A DNA stretch of 64,000 nucleotides, taken from NCBI GenBank assembly GCA_012295275.1, contig CM022673.1, forward strand, positions 22,196,001-22,260,000, written 5' to 3'. Under the pieces are notes generated by a model. The model was given only the letters and a program-made list of their open reading frames with translations. It did not search any database and was not told where the DNA came from. Origin of the DNA: Chrysomallon squamiferum (taxonomy: Eukaryota > Animalia > Mollusca). How positions within the stretch are numbered: position 1 is the stretch's first letter; each line of letters opens with the position of its first letter. Both the position numbers and the translations under genes were made by a program. Below, in pieces: positions 30,040 to 57,166 of the stretch.

Positions 30040-30480
30040 TTAGACGAGAATTGGCGAGCAAATAGAAAAATATCTTGATTAAAGCGAATCCGAGCGGCAG
30101 TCGGCCCCTTTTTGAAACACAGTTCGACCTCAACGCACGTTCGTTGAAAAGAATGGCGAAAAATGAATTGTTTTATTTTGTTCGGCCATGCGCGCGCAAA
30201 ACTAATTTGAGAAATCGAATCGCTTCATCTCCCAAGCGCGAGACTATGCCATGTATTTGTTCGCCAGTTCATTCACAACGCTTTCCTGCTCACTGCTTGC
30301 ACCGAAAGGTCATGACCCATAATGGGGCAGTTTGATTGGTTGCCTACCCGTTATGCATATATGTTGACGTCAGTTACTGCTTCGTATGTTAGGAATGTAG
30401 AGTCGTATTTTCTGCACACGGCCCACAAGGCTACGCCATAAATTGTGGAGCTGTCGCAGCACTTTCCGTTATATACCAGT
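30040..30480. promoter_or_regulatory. Second CpG-rich promoter/enhancer-like patch
   Basis: E2F-like TGGCGAAAA (~30155) and GCGCGCAAAA (~30192), CHR-like TTTGAA (~30110), ATTGG 30335, perfect CRE TGACGTCA 30365. Confidence 0.45.
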
Positions 30481-30681
30481 TTTCGTTTTTATATGACCCT
30501 TTTTCTTTTCTCAACTTAAAGTGGGGAAAAAACAACAAAACATTTTTTTTTTTTTTTTTTTTTTTATTCGTTTGTTTTTAATACATATTAATAAAAATTA
30601 AATAGGAGTAAAAAAACTAACTAAATAAAATTATGAATTTTTGTTAACGAGTTTTCTTAAAGAAAAATTACAAATATCTTT

Positions 30682-30740
<59 letters not shown>

Positions 30741-31805
30741 TAACTTTAGAAAAAATAAACAATAACAATATAAATAAATAATAATAATAATATAAATAAA
30801 TAAATAAAATATAATTTAAAAAAGAACAAAAAACCTTAAATACTATTTTAGAATAAATAAAAAATTATTTAATTAAGTTTAATATTTAGTATCTAGTACT
30901 TTTTTATTATTTAGAATTTTAATTAAAACACAACTAAAACATTTCTAAAACTGCTCTCAAAAGGGTGTTTTAATGTTATATTTCATTGCGTTAATCGGAG
31001 CAGAAACCTTGTCAATTACTAACTCCCCGACCATTTTCACCAAGTGACAAATCATTTTCAACCCTTTTCTTCTGCTGCTTGGTTTTGGCTTATCTGTCAC
31101 ATGTCCGTTCACACATTGGCGTCGGCAGTTTCCGCTGTGATATTCGGCCGCCAGGGAAATGTCTTCGGCAGCTCGCAATGTTCAAAGAATACCACACTGG
31201 CTGAATAAGCCTGTAGTGTAGCTTTGTGTTTGACCACACCGCACGCCGGCAGTTCCAGGAGCAAAGTTCACTTAGCGGCTTCTTTGTCTGTCTGTCAGTC
31301 TAGATGAAGGGAAAATAAGTAATGTTGAATACTAATGTTTTTGATACCTTCACAGAGACACACGTTATTCTCTAACTCTCATACACTCTCATTTTCTCTC
31401 ACTCTGTAACTGTGACTGTCTTAATGCCACTCCCTCTCCCTTATTCTTGCTCATACTCGCCCTTTCATTTTCTCTCTCTCCTTCTCTGCATTTTCCTCGC
31501 TCCAGTCTATCAATCTACCTGTTTGTCTCTATCGATGATGACAACAACAATAATAATGATGATGATGAAAATAATATTTTTAAAAAGTAAATAAAAATAA
31601 ATAAATAATAGTCGGTGATAAAAGAGATTGTCTTTTTTAACAGGAAAGTGTCTAACTTTAACGGCTCTTTTGTTGGATAAAATATCTTGGTGTGTTTGTA
31701 TATGTCTATTTTTGACGGACATTTCCTTTACGCATGGAGAAAGCAAAGTAATTATGATGATGATAATAATAATGATGATATTACATAAATAAAAAAAATA
31801 ACAGT

Positions 31806-31843
<38 letters not shown>

Positions 31844-32973
31844 ATAATAATAATAATAATAAAAAGAAGTAAAGAACAAGCTTCACCCACGTGACGCATT
31901 GTAAAGAAGGAGATTAATTTACTAATACTGAACGCGCATGTGTCTTTTCGATGGGCTAATCAAGACATGCTATGTTGTGGATTAATTTAGTCGGCAGGAT
32001 GAAAGACCGTTACTTTAACGAACGGAAATCTAAGTCTTAGTGGCGTAATTTTCACTCTGTCTACAGCAGGAATCGACATACGAGATGAAATAGATTCTTT
32101 GCTGGGCATGTGCTGGCAGGAAACCAGTCAATTAATCGCCGTTGCTATGGGTATATGACGTCACTGTATCATTGCGCAATCATCTCATCATTTTGGCTTA
32201 AAAGAAAGAAGGCAAATAATTTTGATAAATATTTTAAAAATAAAAATTAAAAAATTAAAAGTTGAAGACGAAAAGAAAAAAGAGAAAACAATAAAAGAAA
32301 AGAAAAGAAAGTAAGAGAGGTGCTGATTCTGTAACATATACACTGACTGAATAACTGAAAACAATGACAAAAATAATGAATAGATCGTTTTCACCAATTA
32401 AAGGACATCAATTTTTTTAAACGTAATTAATACTCGTGATAAAATTTGAATAAATGTCTTTTTAAAATGCTAATCAAATGCTAATCATTTTTTTTATTTT
32501 ATATATATATATATATATATATTACACTGGATCTTTTAAATGCTTAACGAGTATGCGACTCAGACCTGGTGATATTTTATCCAACAAAAACCCTCTTACA
32601 ATAAGACAAGAAAATTTGGTGCTACTTTGACGTGCGATCTACTTGATCTAGTGATCTATGCTGAGCAAACTCGACTTCAGTGTGTGATTTACCTACTTGT
32701 TTTAACTTTTATTTTGTTTATTCTTGCTTTTTTATTATTATTTTTCACGGCATAAACGAATCAAATTTTATATTTATTATACAGATCGCCTTTTAAGTTG
32801 TAAATCGCACACCAAAGTAGTTTCATGACGCGTAGATCACACGCCAAAGTAGCACCGAAAATTTACTTAATGAAATGTTCATTTTTAGAGAATATTCACC
32901 GAAAGGATGTCGCTTGTCTTTCTTGAAAACACCTGCTCCCACTCGAAGGTTACTTCTCTTCACCACGTTTAAA

Positions 32974-33037
<64 letters not shown>

Positions 33038-33065
33038 CCAGTTAATGATGTATTTTGTTTCATAG

Positions 33066-44813
<11,748 letters not shown>

Positions 44814-47800
44814 TTTTTAAAAAAAAAACACCGCAACCAAGAAAAGTGATTTGTTCATCCGTGAAACTGTTTCGTTTGGAGTGGAGAAAACCATTTTCTA
44901 ATATTTCTTAAAATGTTGCATCGTCATTCTGATCTGGAATTGGGACAAACACACATTTGCTTTCTTAATTTCATTATATAGGTTATTTTTATTTTGTTTT
45001 ATTCTTTACAAAAACTATTTAAAGTATGGAAAAAAAATTCCTGACAGTCATTTCATTAGTCTGATATATAATAAAATATTGCCTATAAAATATAATTGTG
45101 TATGAACAGATTGTTTATCAGAGATAATGTATGAGAAATGTGTAACAGGTAAACAGCATTATCTGTAAATAATAACAAAAGAGATAGTTTAAATATTAAT
45201 AACAGATACAACGTTTAACAAGGTGTTTATATATTTATATTTTGTTTGCGAAAGAACGTTACAAAATTACACTATGAACATTTCTCATATTTAAACCCAA
45301 GACCGAAGGGATTGATTACAGAAATTAATCATAAAAGTACTGTACACAACGGTGAATATGATGGTTTTAAAAACATCATTTTATTGATGCAAGGCATTTC
45401 TGCTAGATTTCATTTTCCGTCATGAAAATATATGAGACAGTTTATGGAATACAGCGTAGAGTGTTCAATAATATTTTAATATGACGTTTTCTGCTGTATA
45501 TACCGTTATATTTCGTGTCCTAATGTTTGTTTATAAAGCTGGATATATATTGCTGGGGCATATACTTTCATAAAGATTTTTAATATTAATATTATTATTA
45601 TTCATTTGGAGAGCATTGTTATGTTTGTCTATATTTTCCTGTATTTCCAGAAAATTCTTTCCCATAACGCATAGCAAAGTGCTGTCAGACGATATATCTT
45701 CGTATTACGGTTTTTCATATAAACAAAGTTAATTTTCAGTTTCAGTCACAAACCTTTTAAAAATAAATGAGTGAATATCGTTAACATGTTCATAAATTTT
45801 AAAGATTATCCGAAACAAACATTTCAAAAAATCAGTATAAAGGTATGCTATTACAATACCACTAAACCCAACAGTCTTCTGATTTCATTATAACAGAATC
45901 GGAAACCTCATTTTATTTTTATTTTTTTTATTTTTCTGTAGTCCAAATAAAACAATTACAAAAACACATTAATAATAAAAATTAGTGCTTGTTAATATTT
46001 TACGAACAACCTTTTGCAGAAGAATCATAACTCTGTTTTTGCATTATTTATATATTTATTTATTTATTTATTTTTTACTGGTTTCGTCCATATTTGAACG
46101 GTCTTGTGTTTCACACTGTAAATGTCAGTCGCCATGCCATGTCTTAAAGCACCTTTAGAGTAAGATGAGGTAGCGCAGGAAATGTAACCTGGTCTTGTGA
46201 TATTTGAATGATTTTTCATTTGTTGTTCGCTAGTTGTAATACATTATTTGAGAAGAAGCTGGCGGTATGAGGGATGAATAAAAGAATAGTTTTGAGAGTA
46301 TGCATAAAACAGTAACAACACTGGTAATTTAAAAAAAAAAAAAACCCATTGAAAACAAATTAATCTTATTTTCAGCATTAAACATTTAAGTCTAATTTCA
46401 TTAATGTTTTAAAGTAAGAAAAAATAGAATTTGATTATCTGTTAACTAATTCAGATACAATAAAATACTAAAATACACGGGAAAGTATTAAATTGTGCAG
46501 TTTTGAGTTTCATATATAAACTAGATTATTATTATTGCCGATAAGAATTAGAACATGCAGTATAATTTGATTTACGAAATTGTAGACATTGTAGAAAAAA
46601 CAAACAAACAAACAAAAAAACAGTTAAAGAGATAATAAAGTGAAAAATATATTATGCTGATATTTGAAGAAAAAGAATGCTTTTGAAATCAACGTAACTG
46701 AAATAAAAGACATTAAGGGGAGAAGCAATATACATATTATTATATGTGAAATAGATCCAAACATTTTTTTTCTTTTTAATGTATCGATAACAAAGATTTC
46801 AAAAGAACTTTAATAAAATCATTTCTTTGTTCGTTCTGTTTTTCACAAAAAACGATTTGAGTATATTAAATATCACAAAATTTACTCTGGTAACGAGAAA
46901 ATAGTCATGACAATTCCTTTTTTATTTAGAAAACTGCTTATAAAGATTACATGAAAATGAAAAATAGAAATACTTGTAAGTTTAATGAAAAATGTATTTA
47001 AAATGGAAATAACTACTTTTATTTCAATATTTTTGTTATTTCTGTTATTCTCTGTTTAGATTGTTATAAATTAATTTTATTACTTTTACCCCTGCGAATT
47101 AAACTGGATTTTCTTTCTATAAACCGCTATATGAATTATCTGAATAATCACTTTCTTTTTTATAAATTTTATTTTCTTTGTTGTTTTCTCGTTCGAGGCA
47201 ACATGCATTAAATGGTTTTCAGTTTCTGTTAACGGAACGAGGCATGGCGCATCCTTGTTTACCCATCCAGTTTTCTTTTTTCTTTCTTTCTTCGTTTCTC
47301 TAATGAAACTCGCTATATCATACAGCATATACTCTCATCTTTCCGAAATCCTGTTTTTATAAATGATTCCGCTTTCACGTAAATCGACTCATATGCAAAT
47401 AACATGTCTAATTTTTCCAGTTGTTTCTATGACACTTTTTATCTTTTGTTTAAAGTTAATTTTTTTTCTCTCTCCTTTCATATTTTACATTTTATTTCAT
47501 TAAATTTTCACCTGACGTCGTTGGACGAACTAATGTTGTGAATGATATTTTCTGACATCATTACAATGAAAACACATGGTGTTTATATTCTAACATGTTT
47601 CACATTCAGAAGTAACAGTTGTAATTATTTTCATATGCATGAAAATATTTCATGTGTTAGAACCAGTGATAATTTTTATTTAATTTTTATTTATTTTGTG
47701 TTAGCTGAATGCGTGATTTGAGAAATCAATTTTTTTTTTTGTTTTCGTTGTTTTATAGAAAGGTATCAGACATATTATTTTACATTTATTTGCCTTGGTA

Positions 47801-47860
47801 GACAGGGTCTGTCTGCTTGTGTAACAACTATTGTGTGAAATACATGTCTTTATAATCTAT
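44814..47860 (+). other. Probable long 3' UTR of the BMI1-like gene (end uncertain)
   Basis: About 3 kb after the stop lacks the long microsatellites seen elsewhere. Several AATAAA occur (e.g. ~45070, ~45926), and a distal AATACA at ~47838 is followed by a GT/T-rich tract. Confidence 0.45.
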
Positions 47861-48129
47861 TTCGTCTTGTTGTTTTTTTCTTTCGCTTCACCTGAGGGGG
47901 AAAAAAAGTTAATATTAAGCAATACCGTTATTATCAAATTTAACAAGACCGCAGCATAATAATAATGATAATGATAATGATGATGATAATGATGATGGTA
48001 ATAATAATAACAATAAAAAAATGTATTCGGTGTAAGATTAATTATAAGAATATGTTAACTATAAACCATTGTAATCATTATGTTCATTTTAACCATTACC
48101 ATCATTATCAAAATATTGTCATTTACAAT

Positions 48130-48500
48130 GATCACTATATTACTGTTACCAAGGGCCGTGTATAAACTAAGATATTCAGATTCAACCTAAAGGATTTCAT
48201 CAGTTAGTTAGTCAACCATTTGACAAGTGTATTAACTGCAGGTGGTTCAAAGCTTCTTTCTTATGCTTCACTTGGCCTAAATGTGAGTTTCATAGAATCG
48301 ATACGTCTCTGCATCGCAGTATTTTTTTTTTTTTTGCGTAACAGCATGGACTAATGCGATGAGACCCTGGTAAGAGGTATCGTGTATGGAAAACAAATTG
48401 ATAAAATTAGAACTGGCGTCGGACAAGAAATGATTTTATGATCTACGGCTTCTCAGGTCAGGCCAGCATCCAACCACTTTAATATATATCCAATATGGAT
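48130..48500 (-). mobile_element. Possible old L2/CR1-like LINE remnant
   Basis: Minus-strand fragments WLDAGLT*E, RYL, ALVHAVT....YCD are in the order expected for the L2/CR1 post-RT motifs; heavily degraded. Confidence 0.35.
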
Positions 48501-49092
48501 TTAACTGGAGATTTTATTATTTATTATTAGTATTGGCAGAACAGCGGTAATAATAGTAGCGGCAGTAGTGGTAATAGCACTAGTAGTAGAATTAACTGGA
48601 GTAGTGGTTAAGAAGCAGTAATAATAGGAAGCAGCAGTAGCAGCAGAACCGTGGTATTTTTGGCAGTAACGTAGAATCTGAAGTAGTAATAGTAGTAGTG
48701 GTAGTAGTAGTAGTAGTATTAGTAATATCATAGTTGTAATACTACTAGTACCCGAACTTTCCGCAGTAGTTGCGGTAGTACTTGTAGTAATGGTGGTGAT
48801 GGTGGTGCTGATGGTAGTAGTATTAGTGATAGTATTAGTAATAGTAGTAATAATAGCAGTAGTAGAAATATAAACAGCAGAAGCAGTGGTACTCGATATG
48901 GTAAATGAACAGATTAAAAGGTCACTTTAACGTCAGCTATTAATGAGGCCTTGAATTTTCAATATCTGTTAGAAGTAACGTTTTCAGTTTAATGTCAAAA
49001 TACTCTTATTGTACTGCTGTTAGAGCATCGCATTCTGGGATAGTTTAAAAGAGGTAGTTAAAAGACTTTTAATCACTGTGATATATCGCAGA

Positions 49093-49129
<37 letters not shown>

Positions 49130-49961
49130 GTTATTACTAATATTATTTATTTATTTATTTGTTGATATTTATTTGTTTATTTATTTATTTACATATTTAT
49201 TTTTATTTATTTTATTTATTATTATTATTTTTTTTTTTTCACAGTCAAAAGTATCTCTTTCAGTATTACGGCAACATCTTTCATGTGAATATTAATATTA
49301 ACTTTTTCTTCCAATATATTTTGTGTAAGAATGTTTGTTTTATGAGGAAATTAAAGAAATGATGAAAGAAAACTTTAATTTAAATTACCAGAAAACAACC
49401 AAACAGACTCGAAAAAGAACAAAGAAAGAAAAGAAAAACTAAAACGAATGAGAAAAACAAAAAACTGACAGTTAAGTCAGAATGAAAAAAAAAAAGAAAG
49501 AAAAATGAAAGAAAAGAAATTAACAACAGTAACACAAACTATGAACAAACAAACAAACAAAACAAATAATAATAATAACAAAAAGAAATGAATACACACA
49601 TGTATATTGTTAAAAACATATTTAACAAAAATCAATTGCCATAAAGCGAATAGTTAATCTTTTTAAAACAGAAGTAAAGTATTCTGAACGTTTATATATA
49701 TATATATATAATGAAAATGAAAAATAATATTGTTAAATAAGGGGGAAGAACAGAAAGATTGAAAAAGATTTTTTATTTTTCATTAAAAAATAATATTTCT
49801 ATGTATAACTGATTATTTTTTGATGTTGACACAGAGCTGCCGGAGAAAAAGTGATATTTTTTTAATATAAAATAGGAATGATTTTAACCAAAGAAAAAAA
49901 CAAATAAGAAAATAAATTAAATAGTAAAATTACAACAAAGAGCACAGAACCTGAAGTGATA

Positions 49962-50017
<56 letters not shown>

Positions 50018-51044
50018 TAATAAAATTATAATAGCAATAGCAGTAGTAGTAGTGGTAAATAATGCCTATAAAAATAAATTTAACGAAGAACATAAAAAAA
50101 GAAAAAAATGAAAAGAAATATGAATGTATATTTGTGCACTTCTGAGAAGGCTGCAAATGTTGTATTTTTTGCTTTTTAACATTTAATGCTCTTATTTCTC
50201 TCTCACTCAATAACCCGATTCCTTTTTTCAATGTTTCCAGTTAAAATGTAAAATTTCATATGATGTGCAAATTTTAATAAACCTAATTTTAATTATGCGC
50301 CTCCTTCTTTTTAAACATTAATTTATTATTATTATTATCATTATTATTAATATCACCATTATCATTGTTATTACTTACTTACTTATTAATTAATTAGTTA
50401 AATTCAGAAAACCCCCAGATCTTTTATTTGTTAATGCCATTACATTTACTATAAATATTTACTCAGTTATCGTAAATATTTATACTGAAAAATAAGAAAA
50501 AATTGAAATATATCTTGTATTCTGCTGCACAATTTTTTGTAGAAAATCTAAGAATACTATGTTATTAAATATAAAAATATTTTTTATTAGATGAATTTGT
50601 CTGTGTCGAGCAAACTTTTATTTTTTTTTCAAAAAGCAGAGCTAATTTAGAAAAGGGTAATAACAAGATTTTCTTTTAGTAATTTCTTGAAATTAGATAA
50701 TGCCTATATTCAATGAGTAAATATATAAATAAATAAATATTTTAGTTGTACATCTTAAAATATTCTGAATCAGTTCAGAGAAAACTGGAAATGATTTTAA
50801 TATTTTGCAAGGAGATGATTTAAGAGAAAAGAAGAAGATTTAAAAAAAAAGAAATGAATAATTTTATTTTCGATTATAAAAACTAAGTTCATCAAACAAA
50901 AATAAATATTATTTTTGATACTATATATATGTCTTTGTATGTATATATATATATTTGTAATTATAGATGTACAGAATCTGACCATAAATATCAGCAATGA
51001 TAAATATTAATTAAACATGTATTAAATTACTTCATTATTTATTT

Positions 51045-51079
<35 letters not shown>

Positions 51080-51246
51080 TTTTCTTTCTTTTTTTTTTTT
51101 TTTTTTTTTTTTTTGCTTGTTCAAAGAAAAACATATCAACAAATTTAATTTATCTACTGAAAAACAGGTTATCTTTTGATTTGATTATCTTTCATGTTAT
51201 TCTTGTTGTTGTTGTTGTTGTTGCTATTATTATTATTATTATTATG

Positions 51247-51281
<35 letters not shown>

Positions 51282-51594
51282 TGGTATTGTAGTTATTACA
51301 GCTGGAGTATTTAACAAAATTAAATGCAATAATAATAATAGGAAGAAAGAAATTTTTAAGAGAAATAAATTAGTTCCTTAATGAAATCTTTTAAAAAAAA
51401 ACCAGACGAGATGTAACATCTGTCTTAAACGTGACTGGTCGAATTTGATAAATAACGAACTTTAATGATTTACATTTTATTCAACAAGAATATTAGCATA
51501 AATTATGGCTCAAAATTAATTCTGAATATTTTGTGTGTATGTCTCTGTGTGTGTGTGTGTTAATTTCTTTCTTTCTTTATTTATTTAGTCAGAA

Positions 51595-51652
<58 letters not shown>

Positions 51653-52036
51653 GTTATTATTAAATATCTTTCTTTCATTGTTTTGTTTTTTCCTTTGGAA
51701 TATTTAATGCCTGTAAAATAAATAAATATGAAAAAGAAAGAAAGAAAGGAAGAAAGAAATTTACAAAAGAAATAAATTAGTTAATCAATGGTATCTTTCT
51801 AAAAAGAAACTGACTCTTTTACTTCGAAAGAAATTTTGATTTATAAAACGCAGTGAACATAAAATGTGTTTCCTTTGTTTTCTTTTAGTGAAAAAATGAT
51901 AATAGATAATATTACTGAAAGGTAAGTTTTCAGTAATATTTCGTAATATTTTCATAATATTTTGATATTACTTAGTTTTGAGTTAATTTTAATTTATTGT
52001 TCTACCACAATAACAACAATAACTAGTATTACTTTT

Positions 52037-52119
<83 letters not shown>

Positions 52120-52327
52120 AAATTAAAAGACAGTTTAATTATTTAAATATGGCTTTTTCGCTTTGAAATTATTCATAGGAATTTTAAATAATTTATGATA
52201 TACTAAAATAAAATAATTTATGCCATTATTTAAAAGAGTTGATTTTAATTGAGGAAATCTTTTTATCTTATTATATACTTATATTTTGTTTGTGAAAACA
52301 AGATAGTTATATCTTTTTTCTAATAGT

Positions 52328-52358
<31 letters not shown>

Positions 52359-52949
52359 CATATTTATAGAACTAGAACATTTCAGAAGAAATCTTGGTAA
52401 AACTACTTTAACAAATAATTAGTTTCTATATCTAGTAAAAAAATGTATTATTAAGTGAGAACCCCCAAATGACAACAATGGCAACCACTACCACCACCAC
52501 CACAACAACAACAATAATAATAACAACAATATAAATAATTTTAAAATAATATATATAATTATTAATATATGTCTATAATTTTTCGACGGAATATACAGTA
52601 TAATATGTAGTAGAAATAATGCATATAATATAACAAAATATAAAAGTAAATTTACGTGTTAGTCTCCAGACAACCAATAAAAAGAACTATAAATATATTC
52701 TGCATACTGCTAGTTGTAAATATTTGTCATTTAAATATAAACTTATGTTTTGCTAAGAAACTTACAAAATGGCAAAAATAAAACAGAGAAATAAATAAAA
52801 TCTTTGCCTATTTTTGCATTTTACGTCTCTACATAGTTATGATATAAATGAAATATTTACATTTCATAAAAATAATTTTGTCCGAATATTCCATTTTTCT
52901 AAATTCTCACTAAATATATATTTATCTCATTATTTTATACATATAATAC

Positions 52950-53844
52950 AGAATGTTTATTTGTTAAGATAAATAATAAAATCTTGGCCTGAAAATATCT
53001 GAGCCCTGTGTCACAGAACTTTATTAAAAAAATATACGGCCACTAAATTTTCACTCTGAATTATGTTTTGAAGCAGTTTCTATTATACAATCATTGTAAA
53101 AAATGTACAAACATTTGTTTTAAGCAGTTCTTCTAGACAGTTAGGAAATCCTGGTATTTGTAATATTACTTGGTCAGTATGTAAAGACAATTTATAATAT
53201 TTTTTATTGCTACCATCAAGCGACTGTAACATGTAAATGGTGGTCTAAAGTTTTTTTTTTTTTTTAACAAAATGCAGTGTATGAAATCAAGTTGGCATTA
53301 GCAAATAGATCTTTTAAAAATAAAATTACTTTATTTGCCCCAGTCTTATTAAAAAAAATAAAATTATTATAAATTTTAATATGAGAGTTAACCAGACTGG
53401 TAAACTTAGTATTCTTGTCTTGTCCCTTGAAGCTTTTCATTTTTCTAGAAAGTCGATCATATATGTAATGCATTTTTCTAAAAGATATTTGTGCATCAGC
53501 AATTTTGCTTACTTTAGGCTCAGCCCAAAACTAATAATAGTGAAGCTCTAGACTGTAAACAATTACTCAAAAGAGTTACAGTGTTTTGGTTCAAACACAT
53601 ATTTTTAATCCACGATATTTTTGGTGCATTTCAAAATAACTTAACATTTATTGCTCTTAAACCACAATTTTTGGATATTTCATCAGGCTGTTTATTCCAA
53701 ATGAATTGAAAGAAACATGTTTCTAAATTTTTAAAACGAAGAACTGCTGGATTTGGCAGTGAAGAAAAAAGACAAACAATTTTCAGTAAAACTAAATTTA
53801 GGATTACAATACTTTTTCCTAGAGATGACAAGGAATGATTTGAC

Positions 53845-53845
<1 letters not shown>
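52950..53845 (-). mobile_element. Decayed non-LTR retrotransposon (L1/Tx1-like) ORF2 fragment, post-RT region
   Basis: Minus-strand pieces in the expected order: SLSSLGKSIVILNLVLLKIVCLFSSLPNP..FFQFIWNKQPDEI..GLRAIN, then NSHIKIYNNFIFF..FLKDLF..NLISYTAFC, then DTGLRYFQAKILLFILTNK (zf-RVT-like entry). Many stops and frameshifts. Confidence 0.8.
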
Positions 53846-53888
<43 letters not shown>

Positions 53889-55764
53889 TAACAATAACAA
53901 TAATAATAATAATAATAATAATAACAATAATAACAACAACAATACAGAAAACACCGCATGTGTAAGGGGCTGATAAGGAGATGTAAATGAGACTAAAGAG
54001 CTGTGTTAACATTAACACTGTTTACTCAACGCGGTTTACAAGTGTGGAGCGCCTGCTCACTGCGAGTTGGGATAAACCGTTACATGTAACAGTGCACTGA
54101 CATAGAAACCTGTTACTCAACAGGAAATAACAATCAAAGTGAAGGCCGGTGCAGGTCTAGTCTGTGCCGCGTGACCTTGCATGGTGGTCCGTTATCTCGT
54201 CTATCAGCAAACTGTTTTGTCGTTTACAGGAGATTTTTGTTTTTTCTTTTGTTTGACCTGTGTTACCCTTTGTGTTATATACTACTACTAAGACTACTAA
54301 GACAATTAGGCACATTACTGCTACTAGCACTATTATTGCTACACTACTACCACTACACTATTACTATTATTAGTACTACCAAACAACAACTACTACTGCT
54401 ACTGTTGTCGCTGATCCTGCTACTGCTACTGCTACTACTACTACAACTACTACTATTGCTACTACTACTGCTACTTTTATTGCTACTACTATTACTGTTA
54501 CTACTACCACCACTCCTATGGTTACACTGCTATTTGTAATAGAAGTATTTCAAAATTCAAAGACATTAACACAAAAGCAGATAAAAACAGTGAAAACATT
54601 ATTAAATTGGTTTATTTGTTTTTATTATTATTATTATCGATTCCAGAACATTTAAATATAATAATAATTATGCAAATATGTAAATTATTGTTATTGTCAT
54701 TTTCATTATTTAGACATTTAAAATATAATATTTTTATATATAAACATAATTATTTACTATTATAGTATACTGATAAATATGACTCGACATTTCATTTTTA
54801 TTTTAACCAACAGAAATTTTAATGTTTCTTTAATTTACAAATTACAAGCATCAGTCCAAAAATATAATTAATAAATTATTAAATAAATAAATAATGATGA
54901 TGATGATAATGATGATTATGATGATGATGATGATGTGATAATAACAATAACAATAATAATAATAATAATATAATTGTAAATAAGGGTGCCGAAACTGATG
55001 AATAAAACTACCAAAACATTAATAAATTTCCTGAATGAAGAAATAAATGCTTCACTCGTTTACAAAGTGTCCTTGAGTGAACCGCGACACCTGATACTCA
55101 GCTGGTCTGTCTGCCAGGTGGAGGCCGGCGTCGCAGTTCATGTCTATTTCATGTCAGTTTCACTGAAATGCGCACCAACATGGGGAGGGAAATGCGAATA
55201 ACAGGAAACCGGTTTTGTCTCGGGAGAATAGTTTTAAGTTTCTGAGACCCAGCGGTAGAGGAGTGTGACTGATAACAGCCAAAGCCCGGATGATTTATGA
55301 ATGATAGATGTCACGCCAAATGTGTTTTGGTCAAGACGTTATTATTACAGAGAGTAATTACCACATCACGTGAGCCCCTCGCCGTCAGAACAAAATAAAT
55401 CAGAAACTTTTCACATGAGGCGCAAATTTAATACATTTTGTCTTTCATTTTCGCTTTAATATTAATAATCAGTTCTGACTTGCGAATTAATTTATTGATC
55501 TACATTTTAATGTTAATAGTAAACTGATTCTGCAAATAGATCCATTTCAGATCAGACAACAAGACGTGACAAATGAATGTGTCAACTCTAAAAGAGTCTT
55601 AAACGAATGATTAATGTTATATTATTATAATTCATCATTTATTATTGTAAATGCAACACATATCATACATATTATTTTAATTTAATTAAAAAAAAATATT
55701 CTGAAACAGTAATTGTATAATAACAAATAAAAACTGCATCAAGTAACATAATAAAAACAACAGC

Positions 55765-55825
<61 letters not shown>

Positions 55826-56027
55826 TACAAAAGAAAAATAAATAAATATATATAAATTCATTGTTACATTATATTTATTGTGTTTCTTGTTTTTATTTTC
55901 ACTTGAAAACAATTCAGTAGAAACATCCCTCTGTGTAAATGTTTTTGAAAAAGATAAATAATAATGAAGTTGATGTTGATAATGATGATCATCATGATGA
56001 TGGTAAATTTTTGAGAGATACAAATAT

Positions 56028-56122
56028 TAAATTTCAAATCACTTAGAGCCATTAATTAATACAGAAACATTTGATAAAAAGGTCTGATTAACATATATAT
56101 ATATATATATAAACTTCTATCT

Positions 56123-56157
<35 letters not shown>

Positions 56158-56245
56158 ATTATTTATTTTGATATTTTATAGTTCATGTACTACTATGTAG
56201 TGATAACAGTTGTAACAATAAACCTGTTATTATTGCTACTATCAG
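56028..56245 (+). repeat. Dispersed repeat copy sharing one block with 21531..21600 and another with 3422..3483
   Basis: ttagagccattaattaata..aaacatttgataaaaaggtctgattaaca matches 21.5 kb; atttatttt.atattttata.ttcatgtact.ctatg.agt..taacag matches 3.4 kb. Confidence 0.8.
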
Positions 56246-56296
<51 letters not shown>

Positions 56297-57119
56297 ATTA
56301 TTTTTACTACAACTACAAATTTTGTTTCGCAGCTGAAAAGAAAAGACTATGAGTTTTATTATTATTATTCAAAAATCCTTGTGTAACATTCAGAAAAGTT
56401 TATTTAATGAAAATTTAAAATGATGTTTTAGTTTTCTTCTCGATTTTAATGTACAAATTAAACTCAGAAATGCAGTGAAAAAATAAATAGCTTAGACATT
56501 CATGTAAATACTGGTAAATAAATTTCTGAATATTTAAACAGTTTTTTGTGTATGTTATTTGTGTTTTACGTATATACATGTGTATTTATTCGCATAATAT
56601 AAACATAAAAATATACAAACATTTTTGTTTTTGCATTATCTGCATACCACAAAATATATGAATTATAAACATCTAAATAAATTATTAGTTATGCATAGGT
56701 AGAATAAACATAAATTTCACAAGAAACAAAATGTTTCCATGAAAGTAACATTATATTGGAATATTTGATGACTGTTGCTTTAGGAAAATATATATATATT
56801 TGTACATATATAACTGAAAATTCTCAAACTTTACTGCAAATAATTGTATAATAATCATAAGCAATTTAGTGCGTAAAGACTAATTTTCGTTAAAAGATGC
56901 AAAAGAATAAAAAATAATTACAAATTAATTAATTAAATACCAGATTATGATGTACATACAAAAGACTGCAAACGTTAATAAATACGAATGCTAGTCATCA
57001 CTCGACGATGATGTATGAAATACGTATTTAACATACTTCAGAGTAAACATATAAATAACATAAATTTCAGAATTTAATCAAATGCAATACATAATTACTA
57101 CAAATATAACTACTACTAT

Positions 57120-57166
<47 letters not shown>

